Positions 44,690-55,046 are shown, counted from the first letter of the stretch. The stretch: 57,506 nucleotides of DNA from Candidatus Doudnabacteria bacterium RIFCSPHIGHO2_01_FULL_46_14 (GCA_001779925.1 MFEK01000006.1:80407-137912), one strand, 5' to 3'. The notes: generated by a model from the letters alone, not told the origin. Program-made: numbers and translations.

Positions 44690-45451
44690 CTAGCCTTTCG
44701 GGTAAAGTATACGGGCGACTTTCTTGCCGTCGATCAAGTGCGGAACCTGCCAACTTTCCACCAAAGGTCGCTCCCGTTTCGGTTGCGTTTTCAATTCCGC
44801 GCGCGCGAATCGGCGTAAACCGTCGATTTGTGTTTTGTGCTCAACTGGCAGGACGCGTTGTTGCAAATCATCTACCGTGTCATACGGCAGAATTTCAACT
44901 CGTTCCGAGTGCACAATAAATCCCTTGTCCACCTCTGGTGTGACGACATGCATCGTAGCTTCGCTCCAGGACTCACAGTTCGTCATACGAACGAAGTACA
45001 GCCGTGCGCAGTGCACTCTTCTTCCATACATCCCAAGATAACCACCGCCGCCGAAATCGTGCTGTCGTCCTGGGTCGAGTGGCCCGGGATGCTGATTGAA
45101 GATATTCCCATCAACCGCTTCAATGACTCTCCAGTCGACCTGCGGCAAAAACCCATTCAGCGTTACAACGTCTACTTTGTAATCACGACAGAGACTGACA
45201 ACACGGTCCCACTGGGACGGAGAACCGCTGTGATGTCCCATCTCCATTACATGAATATCGTGGCGACTGACGCCGAGCTCTGTGCCATGCTCGTTGATTC
45301 TTTTCTGTGCTTTATCAATCGCACCGATACCGTGCTGGCTGGCAAAGAGAAAGGCGAACTGGATTTCATTCAGCTCTTTACTGATAACAGCGTCGAGGAT
45401 GGCGGCAAATGTTGTACCTCCACCTGTGACAAACGAAGCCCATCTTTTCAT
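44690..45451 (-). CDS. purN: formyltransferase, PurN (GAR transformylase)-like with insertion
   Basis: FVTGGGTTFAAILDA, VVTLNGF and NQHPGPL (the Asn/His of the NxHPS motif) plus TPEVDKG (catalytic Asp). A ~20-aa insert follows HPG. GGGAGGA Shine-Dalgarno. Confidence 0.7.
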   Translation of the reverse strand: MKRWASFVTGGGTTFAAILDAVISKELNEIQFAFLFASQHGIGAIDKAQKRINEHGTELGVSRHDIHVMEMGHHSGSPSQWDRVVSLCRDYKVDVVTLNGFLPQVDWRVIEAVDGNIFNQHPGPLDPGRQHDFGGGGYLGMYGRRVHCARLYFVRMTNCESWSEATMHVVTPEVDKGFIVHSERVEILPYDTVDDLQQRVLPVEHKTQIDGLRRFARAELKTQPKRERPLVESWQVPHLIDGKKVARILYPKG

Positions 45452-45543
45452 TTCTATTCCTCCCTTTTTGTCTGAAATTTCGGATCAAAAACAATTAATC
45501 CGATTCAACAGACTAACACAACAACAAGCTTAAAGTCCAGCGC

Positions 45544-45599
45544 TCACCCCTCCCTCAATCCCTTAACCTCCCCTAACCCCTCCTCACGAGGAGGGGTAT
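45544..45599. repeat. C-tract + hairpin element (CCCCTCCTCACGAGGAGGGG type)
   Basis: TCACCCCTCCCTCAATCCCTTAACCTCCCCTAACCCCTCCTCACGAGGAGGGGTAT. Confidence 0.7.
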
Positions 45600-45615
45600 A
45601 ACTTGGGAACACAAC

Positions 45616-45637
45616 AAAAAAACCCCTATTTAAGGGG
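45616..45637 (-). terminator. intrinsic terminator after the small basic ORF
   Basis: Minus-sense CCCCT-taaat-AGGGG followed by TTTTTTT. Confidence 0.6.
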
Positions 45638-45685
45638 CTTTCTTGTTTAGCCGCGTAAGGCCTCTTTTAATGGAGGCGACCTACA

Positions 45686-45757
45686 CTAGACTCTCTTTCG
45701 GCGGCTGGTCTTCTTTTTGGCTGTTTTCCTTTTTGCAGCCTTGCGTTTCTTTGCCAT
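45686..45757 (-). CDS. unannotated 23-aa polybasic peptide (ribosome-associated-like)
   Basis: AAGGAG, 8 nt, then ATG. It encodes MAKKRKAAKRKTAKKKTSRRKRV* and is followed by a clean terminator. It is below the ORF-track size cut-off. Confidence 0.35.
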   Translation of the reverse strand: MAKKRKAAKRKTAKKKTSRRKRV

Positions 45758-45996
45758 TGCAAAGACTCCTTAGCTCACACCATGCACCGCTATTTTTTGC
45801 GACACTCAATGTGAGACTGAATTATTTTTGTTTGACAATTTTGTTTCCCCGCGTTGCAGAAAAACAAATTTGTTTCTACATAAGACGGAAAGAAATTTAA
45901 AGAAACTAAATTAACTGTACAGTAAAAAAAACTTTTTGTCAACATATCTCACGAGTTATCCACATGACTTCACTAAAGCTTCGGAGTGCTCGCACG

Positions 45997-47379
45997 CTAC
46001 GAAGTGCGTAATAAACTTTTTTTATACTTTTTTAAGTACCGAAGCGCGGATTTTTTTGTTTTTATTTTCCCTGCGAGTTTTTTTTCTTCAAGCTGTTTCA
46101 AAATCTTTCCCACGAGTACTCCGGGTTTTATTTTCAGGGTTTTCATGACCTCATTGCCGGACAAGATTGGCATGGCCAATGCGGGAAATTTTTCTATCTC
46201 CTTTAAAATTTTATAGCCTTCGCGGTACCCTGTGGGATTCGTATCGCCACGCCCATCAAGCCCCAAGGAGGCCGCGGCATCTGCCCAGTGCACGAGCAGA
46301 AGGTCTCGAAAATAGGGATTTAATGCCCATTTCCGACGAGTGGCCAGCTTCATCTGCACAAAGTCATTCGGCACCATGTGATAGCGAACTAGCCAAGCTA
46401 TCTTATCTTCTTCGACCTTTGAGAACTTGAGCCTGCGGCAAATCTTGCTCACAGTGTCTGCGCCAACTTCAGGATGATTATAAAACGTTGTTTTGCCTTT
46501 TTTTACTTCGCGGGTTTTTGCTTTACCAAGATCATGAAAGAGCACGGCATACCGGGTAGTAAGATCAAAATCTTCATTGACCTCGTCGAGCGCCAGAAGG
46601 CTATGCGTATAAACATCGCCCTCACCGTGATGTTTTTTTGGCTGAGTGATATTTTGACATTCCTTGAGTTCAGGCAAAATGTATTCTAAAAGCCGGGTTG
46701 CATCCAAAAGGCCCACGCCGGCAGATGGTCTGCCTGAGAGAATTATTTTATCAAGTTCCTGTTTGACGCGCTCCGCGGAAATTTTTTTGATGCGACCGGC
46801 ATTTTTTGTAATTGCGTTTCGTGTTTCTCGCTCAATTTCCAAATTCAAAACTGTTGCCAGTCTGACGGCGCGCATCAGACGCAGAGCATCCTCTTTGAGA
46901 CGTGCCTCCGCGTTCCCCACCATCCGGATCCTACCGCGCCTGAGATCCGTGATTCCGTCCACAAAATCGATGATTTCAGAGGTATTTGGATCGTAAAATA
47001 ACGCGTTAAGCGTAAAATCCCGCCTTTTAGCGTCTTTTTCGGCACTAGCTATGAACTTTACCGACCGAGGACGCCTCGAGTCCGCATAGGGCGATTCGGA
47101 GCGAAAGGTGGTTATCTCGAAACCCATCCGCCCAAGGCGGACTGTCATGGTCCCATGCTTTTCGCCTGTCGGAATAGTTTTGGCAAATAGCATTTTAACC
47201 TGCACTGGAGTGGCGGCGGTGGCAATATCAATATCGTTGATTTTTCTTTTCAAAAGCGCGTCGCGGACTGCGCCGCCGGCAATATAAGTTTCGTACCCAG
47301 CCTTTCGCAGTTTTTTTACAATCGCAAAAGCCGTCTCAGAGACAAGAGATTTATCCGGCCAGGTGAATTTCATTTTCAT
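45997..47379 (-). CDS. cca: CCA-adding tRNA nucleotidyltransferase (PolyA-pol head + HD domain)
   Basis: GGAVRDALL..INDIDIAT, RRDFTLNAL and the HD motif VLFHDLGK. Its ATG overlaps the atpC stop. Confidence 0.8.
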   Translation of the reverse strand: MKMKFTWPDKSLVSETAFAIVKKLRKAGYETYIAGGAVRDALLKRKINDIDIATAATPVQVKMLFAKTIPTGEKHGTMTVRLGRMGFEITTFRSESPYADSRRPRSVKFIASAEKDAKRRDFTLNALFYDPNTSEIIDFVDGITDLRRGRIRMVGNAEARLKEDALRLMRAVRLATVLNLEIERETRNAITKNAGRIKKISAERVKQELDKIILSGRPSAGVGLLDATRLLEYILPELKECQNITQPKKHHGEGDVYTHSLLALDEVNEDFDLTTRYAVLFHDLGKAKTREVKKGKTTFYNHPEVGADTVSKICRRLKFSKVEEDKIAWLVRYHMVPNDFVQMKLATRRKWALNPYFRDLLLVHWADAAASLGLDGRGDTNPTGYREGYKILKEIEKFPALAMPILSGNEVMKTLKIKPGVLVGKILKQLEEKKLAGKIKTKKSALRYLKKYKKSLLRTS

Positions 47380-47828
47380 TATTGAATACTTTCCGGGGTG
47401 TGAATTTTACGGTATTTGCCTTTTTGCGCGACACGGATACGGGCCAGAGATTTTTCCAGCGAGGCGGCAGTGGCCGCGTATTCTTCTTCATTGAGGATCT
47501 GTTCCGACATAATCCTGCGGGCTCGCCCGCGCGCTTCTTCAGCGCGCTTCAAGTCAATCATATGAGCTTCTTCTGCTGCGTCTGCGAGGACTACGATTTC
47601 GTTACCTGGCCGAACCTCAATCACTCCGCCTGCAACTGCCATCAAACGCGGTTCACCGTCAGTGACCGCTTTCATTTCTCCTGGCTGGAGGTTAGCAACC
47701 ATTGGAATGTGATGCGGCAGGATCGTAATCTCGCCCATCTGGGTGGGGACGGAAAGAGAATCAACCTCGGATTCTAGGAGGACTCTTTCGGGTGTCACAA
47801 TCTTAAGTTTTAGCTTTTTTTCACTCAT
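47379..47828 (-). CDS. atpC: F1 ATP synthase epsilon subunit
   Basis: 149 aa. LKIVTPERVLLESEVDSLSVPTQMGEITILPHH is the epsilon N-domain. Confidence 0.85.
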   Translation of the reverse strand: MSEKKLKLKIVTPERVLLESEVDSLSVPTQMGEITILPHHIPMVANLQPGEMKAVTDGEPRLMAVAGGVIEVRPGNEIVVLADAAEEAHMIDLKRAEEARGRARRIMSEQILNEEEYAATAASLEKSLARIRVAQKGKYRKIHTPESIQ

Positions 47829-47874
47829 TTAATTTAAAATGCAAAATGTAAATCTCAAAATGACAATTAAAAAT

Positions 47875-47922
47875 TTTAAAATTTTACACTGTCATTTTCC
47901 ATTTTGATTTTTTAATTTTACA

Positions 47923-47924
<2 letters not shown>
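47875..47924. repeat. 50-nt AT-rich cassette immediately 3' of atpD
   Basis: TTTAAAATTTTACACTGTCATTTTCCATTTTGATTTTTTAATTTTACATT is about 46/50 identical to 51121..51169. A partial inverted partner lies at 47831..47874. Confidence 0.8.
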
Positions 47925-49787
<1,863 letters not shown>

Positions 49788-49794
49788 AATTCAT

Positions 49795-50808
49795 TCACTC
49801 TAAAGCTATCCTACCCGCGGTTATTTCAGAGAGCTCGGTTGTAATCTTGCTCTGCCGCAGTTGATTATATTCAAGAGTCAGCTCAGAGACCAGATCGCCT
49901 GCCGCATCTGTGGCGTTTTTCATGGCCACCATGCGCGCCGAGTGTTCTGCGGCATTAGTTTCGAGGAGCGCCTGGTAAATTTGCATTGTGGTCAGCTTTG
50001 GCAGAACGTGTTCGAGGACAATGTCCACGGTGGGTTCGAAGAGATAATCACCCCTCCCTAGCCCTCCCCCTTGAGGGGAGGGAATAATACCTGACTTCCC
50101 CGCATTTTCCTCCCCCTCGCCGGGGACCCCCGGAACCGTACTCGGTTTTGGGGTGGGCTTGAGGGGGGAGAATGGGTGGGGGTGAATATTTCCCAAAGTT
50201 TCATCTTCCATTCCCAAAGGCAATAACTCAAGAGTATGCGGTTTTTGCACCAAGGTCGAAACAAAATCCATATAAACTAGAATAACCTTGTCGTATTTAC
50301 CAGCTATGAAATCGTCAACCGCGAGTTTTGCCACAGAGTTGATATCCAAAACTCCAGAAGCCATATCTTTTTTTTCAAAATCCGCGACAATATTCCAGCC
50401 CGAGGCTGGTCCGCCTTGGGCGGAGAGACTTAACTTTTTTATGCTCTCCCTTCCTTTTTTTCCCAGAGTTATGAAATCAACATTGCTAAACTGTTTTGCG
50501 TAGCTGGCTGCTGTTTGCACTATGTTATTGTTAAACCCACCGATTAGTCCCCGATTAGAGCTCATCACAATCACAAGTACCCGATTGGTTTGTTCTGGCT
50601 TTCTGAGGAGGCGATGGAGCTTTGGGTCGGATTTGGAGGTAAGGTTTTGCACCAATTCCCAGGCGTATTTCGCATAGGCGCGTGTGGCCAACGTCTGCAT
50701 CTGAGCCTTTCGCATTTTCGCCGCCGAAACCATTTCCATGGCCTTGGTGATCTGGCGCGTGGATTTGATGGATTTTATTCTTCGTCTTATTTCTTTTGTG
50801 GAGGGCAT
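49795..50808 (-). CDS. atpG: F1 ATP synthase gamma subunit (with repeat-derived insertions)
   Basis: N-terminus IRRRIKSIKSTRQITKAMEMVSAAKMRKAQ and C-terminus NAAEHSARMVAMKNATDAAG...ITTELSEI. Confidence 0.9.
   Translation of the reverse strand: MPSTKEIRRRIKSIKSTRQITKAMEMVSAAKMRKAQMQTLATRAYAKYAWELVQNLTSKSDPKLHRLLRKPEQTNRVLVIVMSSNRGLIGGFNNNIVQTAASYAKQFSNVDFITLGKKGRESIKKLSLSAQGGPASGWNIVADFEKKDMASGVLDINSVAKLAVDDFIAGKYDKVILVYMDFVSTLVQKPHTLELLPLGMEDETLGNIHPHPFSPLKPTPKPSTVPGVPGEGEENAGKSGIIPSPQGGGLGRGDYLFEPTVDIVLEHVLPKLTTMQIYQALLETNAAEHSARMVAMKNATDAAGDLVSELTLEYNQLRQSKITTELSEITAGRIALE
50049..50082. repeat. 34-nt GC-rich palindromic element inserted in frame in atpG (inverted relative to the prfB copy)
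   Basis: CACCCCTCCCTAGCCCTCCCCCTTGAGGGGAGGG, translated PSPQGGGLGRGD. More degenerate G/C-rich copies continue to about 50200. Confidence 0.8.
50395..50427. repeat. 'SAQGG' double-hairpin element, copy in atpG
   Basis: Hairpins CCAGCC-cga-GGCTGG and CCGCC-ttg-GGCGG, translated LSAQGGPASGW. Confidence 0.6.
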
Positions 50809-50851
50809 TACGTTAATTTAAAGTGCAAAAAATCAAAATGTAAAATTACAA

Positions 50852-51115
50852 TTAAAAATGATAAAATATGCCGTGTTTGATTTTCAAAGTTATCATCGAA
50901 ACGTTCATTATCAATGTCAGGCTGCTCATAATTACCAGGGAGTAGCTTCCAATCACAAACCCATATACTATCCACATAATCTGGCCCACCAAGTTTATCA
51001 CACTCCAAGAAATGGCAATATCTTTGGTAGATTTAGTTTTCCAAGATTTATAAACCTGAGGAAATACAGAAATAGCCACCAAACTACCTGCAACGAATCC
51101 AATAAGCTCGTTCAT
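50852..51115 (-). CDS. SemiSWEET (PQ-loop) sugar transporter embedded between atpA and atpG
   Basis: 87 aa, 3 TM helices, PQ motif VFPQVYKSWKTKSTKDIS. Confidence 0.7.
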   Translation of the reverse strand: MNELIGFVAGSLVAISVFPQVYKSWKTKSTKDIAISWSVINLVGQIMWIVYGFVIGSYSLVIMSSLTLIMNVSMITLKIKHGIFYHF

Positions 51116-51120
51116 AAATT

Positions 51121-51169
51121 TTTAAAATTTACATTGTCATTTTCCATTTTGATATTTCAATTTTACATT
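51121..51169. repeat. AT-rich cassette immediately 3' of atpA (overlaps its stop)
   Basis: TTTAAAATTTACATTGTCATTTTCCATTTTGATATTTCAATTTTACATT. Confidence 0.8.
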
Positions 51170-52671
51170 ATCCCTTTTTTAAACTCTCCTATATACCTTT
51201 TCAACCTCTCCTCTATCTCTCCATCCAACTCTTTCTTTACTCGAATCGTGTTTAACAGATCCTGGGCATTAGCTTTGAGGTATTTGTGAAGTCTGTCTTC
51301 AAAATCTTTGACCTTTTCCATGGGCACGTCATCGAGATGGCCTTGCGTTGCGGCATAGAGAATCGCCACCTGGTGCTCCACCGGCATCGGTTCAAACTGC
51401 GGCTGTTTGAGGATTTCCGTAAGCCTTCGTCCGCGCTCGATCTGCTTTCTCGTGCCTTCATCAAGGTCGGAGGCGAACTGAGCAAAAGCCGCAAGCTCGC
51501 GGAACTGCGCGAGCTCAAGACGGAGGCGTCCCGCGACCTTTTTCATGGCCTTGATTTGCGCCGCACTGCCAACGCGCGATACAGAGATACCAACATTGAG
51601 CGCTGGCCTGATCCCTTGATAAAACAAATCGCTTTCCAGGAAAATCTGCCCGTCAGTAATGGAAATAACATTGGTTGGAATGTAAGCGGAGATGTCCCCG
51701 GCCTGGGTTTCAATGATCGGCAGAGCTGTGATCGAACCGCCGCCAAAATCTTTGTTCAGCTTGGCCGCACGCTCGAGTAAACGCGAGTGCAGATAAAACA
51801 CATCCCCGGGATATGCTTCGCGTCCCGGCGGACGGCGGAGGAGCAGAGAGATCTCGCGATAAGCAACCGCATGTTTGGAGAGATCGTCATAAATTACCAA
51901 AACGTCCTTGCCCTGGTCCATAAAAAATTCACCCATGGCGCAGCCGGCGTAGGGAGCTATATAGGAAAGCGCAGCCGGGTCAGAAGCGCCTGCCAAAACC
52001 ACGATGGTGTAGTCCATCGCGCCTCTGGCCTCTAGTTCTTTTACGATTTTAGCGACCTTTGATTCTTTCTGACCGATAGCCACGTAAATACAGGTAACAT
52101 CCTGACCTTTTTGGTTGAGGATAGTGTCAATGGCAATCGCGGTTTTTCCGGTTTGCCGGTCGCCAATGATCAACTCGCGCTGGCCCCGGCCGATCGGAAT
52201 CATACCATCAATGGCTTTGACACCGGTCTGCAGAGGCACTTTGACGGATTCGCGGGTGATGACCCCTGGTGCGATTTTTTCTACCTGATAATATTCATCA
52301 GCCTTGATGGCACCTCGGCCGTCGATAGCTTCGCCGAGCGGATTCACCACGCGGCCGATTAGAGCCTCGCTTACTGGCACGGACAATATTCTACCTGTAG
52401 CGCGTACAGTACTACCTTCGCTCACATATCTTTGCTCGCCTAAAATAATAGTGCCGACCTCGCCCTCCTCCAAGTTCAAGGCCACGCCCGCGACTTTGCC
52501 TTCTTTAGTCTCGAACTCCACGATTTCCATTGCTCCAACCTGGGACAGTCCGGAGATTCTCGCCACGCCGTCACCGACCTGAAGCACTTTCCCGACCTGT
52601 TCGACCTTGGTACCTGTCTCGAATCCTGCAATCCGGTTTTTTAGTTGTTCAATGATATTTTTACTGTTCAT
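51163..52671 (-). CDS. atpA: F1 ATP synthase alpha subunit
   Basis: Walker [10 protein letters not shown] over 502 aa. Confidence 0.95.
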   Translation of the reverse strand: MNSKNIIEQLKNRIAGFETGTKVEQVGKVLQVGDGVARISGLSQVGAMEIVEFETKEGKVAGVALNLEEGEVGTIILGEQRYVSEGSTVRATGRILSVPVSEALIGRVVNPLGEAIDGRGAIKADEYYQVEKIAPGVITRESVKVPLQTGVKAIDGMIPIGRGQRELIIGDRQTGKTAIAIDTILNQKGQDVTCIYVAIGQKESKVAKIVKELEARGAMDYTIVVLAGASDPAALSYIAPYAGCAMGEFFMDQGKDVLVIYDDLSKHAVAYREISLLLRRPPGREAYPGDVFYLHSRLLERAAKLNKDFGGGSITALPIIETQAGDISAYIPTNVISITDGQIFLESDLFYQGIRPALNVGISVSRVGSAAQIKAMKKVAGRLRLELAQFRELAAFAQFASDLDEGTRKQIERGRRLTEILKQPQFEPMPVEHQVAILYAATQGHLDDVPMEKVKDFEDRLHKYLKANAQDLLNTIRVKKELDGEIEERLKRYIGEFKKGIM

Positions 52672-53066
52672 GTCGCTAGATTATTTTTTAAGTCCTGCAA
52701 ATTTCGTTTGATAGATCCGTCGATCAGTTTGTCTTCTACCTGGATGATCACCCCGCCGAGAATTCCCTCATCTACTTTCTTTTTCAGATCCACCTTCGTT
52801 CCCAGATAGTCATTCAATTCACGAATCAGCTTTTCTTGTTCGGTTCCGGAAAGCTTTCTTGCTGTAATGACGTCTGCGGTTTTTATTCCCTTGGCAGTTT
52901 TCTCATGCTTTACGAATGCTTCTTCAATCTGAGAAAATTTTCCCAAATCGCCATTCTGCTGCAGAAGCCTAGCGAAATTGTCCAAAATTTTTTCGTGATC
53001 CATATCTTTCGTGCCATGCAGAGCTTCATATAACGCTTGCGCGTATTGCGGAACAGTATATTTCAT
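52668..53066 (-). CDS. atpH: F1 ATP synthase delta (OSCP) subunit, short form
   Basis: 132 aa in operon position. The C-terminus [20 protein letters not shown] is OSCP-like. Confidence 0.75.
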   Translation of the reverse strand: MKYTVPQYAQALYEALHGTKDMDHEKILDNFARLLQQNGDLGKFSQIEEAFVKHEKTAKGIKTADVITARKLSGTEQEKLIRELNDYLGTKVDLKKKVDEGILGGVIIQVEDKLIDGSIKRNLQDLKNNLAT

Positions 53067-53629
53067 TTTACGCTTTTTAGTATTTCTTCGACTATCTTTT
53101 TATCGTTCTTTTCATCCAGTTTCACACGCAGTATTTTTTCAGTGGTCATTACCACCAGATCTGCGACCTCGATTTTAATCTCGCTGAGCATATGCTGTTT
53201 TTCCGCTTCAATGGTTTGCTTGGCTTTGGCGAGGATTTTTTTCGCCTCATTGTTGGCCGTGCTGACGATTTCCATTTTCATCTTCTCACCAGCGTCCAAG
53301 TTTCGCTGCAATATCGCTTCTGCTTCCACGGCCGCTTCCCGTAATTTCAGTTCACGCGTCGTTTGCGCTTCTTGAGCCTGTTTCTCAATGTTCGCGGCTT
53401 TAGCAACCGATTCTTCTATTTTTTTCCGACGCGATTCCATAGCTCCGCCAAGCGGTTTCCAGACCCAGCGCCAGAGAATAAACAAAATCACGGAAAAATT
53501 GATTAGCTGGGCGATGAACAGCTTGGCGTTCAGGCCGAGCGTGCCAACCACGCTGCCGGATTCAACAACTTCCGGAGCGTGCTCGACGGCTTGTTCAGTG
53601 GCTAAAATTATAAAGTTTAATATATCCAT
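53063..53629 (-). CDS. atpF: Fo ATP synthase b subunit
   Basis: A single N-terminal TM then a long charged helix, in operon position. Confidence 0.8.
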   Translation of the reverse strand: MDILNFIILATEQAVEHAPEVVESGSVVGTLGLNAKLFIAQLINFSVILFILWRWVWKPLGGAMESRRKKIEESVAKAANIEKQAQEAQTTRELKLREAAVEAEAILQRNLDAGEKMKMEIVSTANNEAKKILAKAKQTIEAEKQHMLSEIKIEVADLVVMTTEKILRVKLDEKNDKKIVEEILKSVK

Positions 53630-53640
53630 TGGGATTCTTA

Positions 53641-53717
53641 CTCCCCTTCGTGAGGGGGAGCAAGAGGGGGTCTCGGGTCACTGTGACCTCCCCTTACTCC
53701 CCTCCTCATGAGGAGGG
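53641..53717. repeat. two GC-rich hairpin elements between atpE and atpF
   Basis: CTCCCC-ttcgtga-GGGGGAG and ACCTCCCCTTACTCCCCTCCTCATGAGGAGGG. Confidence 0.75.
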
Positions 53718-53723
53718 AAAATA

Positions 53724-53942
53724 CTACAAAATGAATGTGATAACAAGGGCGTAAATCGCGATAGCTTCCGCAAACGCCATGCCAAGAAGCATGGGCACAA
53801 ACAGCTTGTCAGCTGACTCAGGATTTCGGCCGATCGATTCCATGGCCTTGCTTGCTGTCTTGCCGATAGCAATGGCCGGAAAAATCCCGCCGACCGCGAT
53901 GGTCATGCCTTTGACCAGGGTCGTCATTGTCTCTGGATCCAT
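53724..53942 (-). CDS. atpE: Fo ATP synthase c subunit
   Basis: 72 aa hairpin protein with GIGKTASKAME..RNPE in the loop and the carboxylate in MAFAEAIAIYALV. Confidence 0.9.
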   Translation of the reverse strand: MDPETMTTLVKGMTIAVGGIFPAIAIGKTASKAMESIGRNPESADKLFVPMLLGMAFAEAIAIYALVITFIL

Positions 53943-54056
53943 AATATTTAACCTTTCTGTCCGTCTCGGTGCTTTATTTAATGTTTTAATTTATATTTGC
54001 GCCGGAGGACTTGAGACTCTTTTTTCGAATCTCGAATATGGAATCTAGAATGTGGC

Positions 54057-54178
54057 TTCCAAATTCGATATTCCAAATTCGATATTCCAAATTCGATATT
54101 CCAAATTCGATATTCCAAATTCGATATTCCAAATTCGATATTCCAAATTCGATATTCCAAATTCGATATTCCAAATTC
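54057..54178. repeat. perfect tandem repeat, 14-bp unit TTCCAAATTCGATA x 8.7
   Basis: Counted directly: 8 full units plus 10 nt. The last unit overlaps the atpB stop codon (54177..54179). A degenerate related sequence lies at 54024..54056. Confidence 0.95.
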
Positions 54179-54974
54179 AGTGGGCTTCGTGCATCTCCGC
54201 TGTCGCCATTGTAAAAGAAACCAGCACCAACATTGAAAACACTATGGCCTGGATAAGGCCAACCAGAATTTCCAAAAACATAAACGGCAGGGGAACAAAA
54301 AACGCGATCAGACCGCCGATAACTGTAAGGAGTACCTCGCCGGCAAAGACATTGCCGAAAAGTCTGAGAGAGAGCGAAACCATTTTTGCAATTTCCGAAA
54401 AGATTTCAATGATGCCCACGAAAAACTCTATGACTGCCACCATAATGCTCATACCGCCCTTGCGAAAACTCTTCCAGATATCGCCGAGTTTTATGAATTT
54501 ATTAGCATAGCGGAAAAATCCAACTGCGATTATACCGAACACGTGAGTCATGACTATTGTCAGTACTGCCATTGCCAAGGTCATGTTGAGATCAGTGTTG
54601 GCCGGCCTAAAAAGCGGTACGAGTTGCACCTCTCCATGCATGATAAGGTGGCGACCGATAGAGCCGATTCCTGGCAAGAGACCAATCCAATTGGAGATTA
54701 GGATAAATAAAAACAATGTGCCGACAATCGGTAAAAACAGAAGAGATTTTCTGCGATCGCGCGTCACCTGATCCATGTAGCCCAGAATTACCTCGAGGAT
54801 ACTTTCCGCAAAGTTCTGAATTTTATCGGGAATCTCTGCCGTTTTTTTGCGCAAAACAACACCGACAATCATAAACAACACCAGCACAATAGAGGAATTG
54901 ATAAAGGTATTAAACACCGGGAATGATCCGATGTTAAATATTGGTTCTGCAGCGAGAGGAGGGATGGCTAGCAT
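54177..54974 (-). CDS. atpB: Fo ATP synthase a subunit
   Basis: 265 aa. The essential Arg lies in LSLRLFGNVFAGE. Confidence 0.9.
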   Translation of the reverse strand: MLAIPPLAAEPIFNIGSFPVFNTFINSSIVLVLFMIVGVVLRKKTAEIPDKIQNFAESILEVILGYMDQVTRDRRKSLLFLPIVGTLFLFILISNWIGLLPGIGSIGRHLIMHGEVQLVPLFRPANTDLNMTLAMAVLTIVMTHVFGIIAVGFFRYANKFIKLGDIWKSFRKGGMSIMVAVIEFFVGIIEIFSEIAKMVSLSLRLFGNVFAGEVLLTVIGGLIAFFVPLPFMFLEILVGLIQAIVFSMLVLVSFTMATAEMHEAH

Positions 54975-55046
54975 GATTGTATGTTAAATGTCCTACGTCA
55001 GAACTCATAACCTAAAGGTTTTGACATCTGAGCTATAAGTTTTGAG

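Noticed and set aside
45643-46216. Plus-strand ORFs 45643..45900, 45936..46148 and 45986..46216
   Set aside because: The peptides are Phe/Leu/Ser-rich with no SD. The last two are antisense to the cca gene, and the first lies in repeat and terminator sequence.
54057-54178. Possible CRISPR array
   Set aside because: The 14-bp units are directly contiguous with no spacers, and there are no cas genes. It is a simple tandem repeat.
53978-54510. Four track ORFs (53978..54160, 53986..54174, 54011..54214, 54052..54510) with repetitive peptides such as EYRIWNIEFGISNL
   Set aside because: They are translations of the 14-bp tandem repeat in different frames and strands. They have no start context, and they overlap atpB antisense or the intercistronic spacer.
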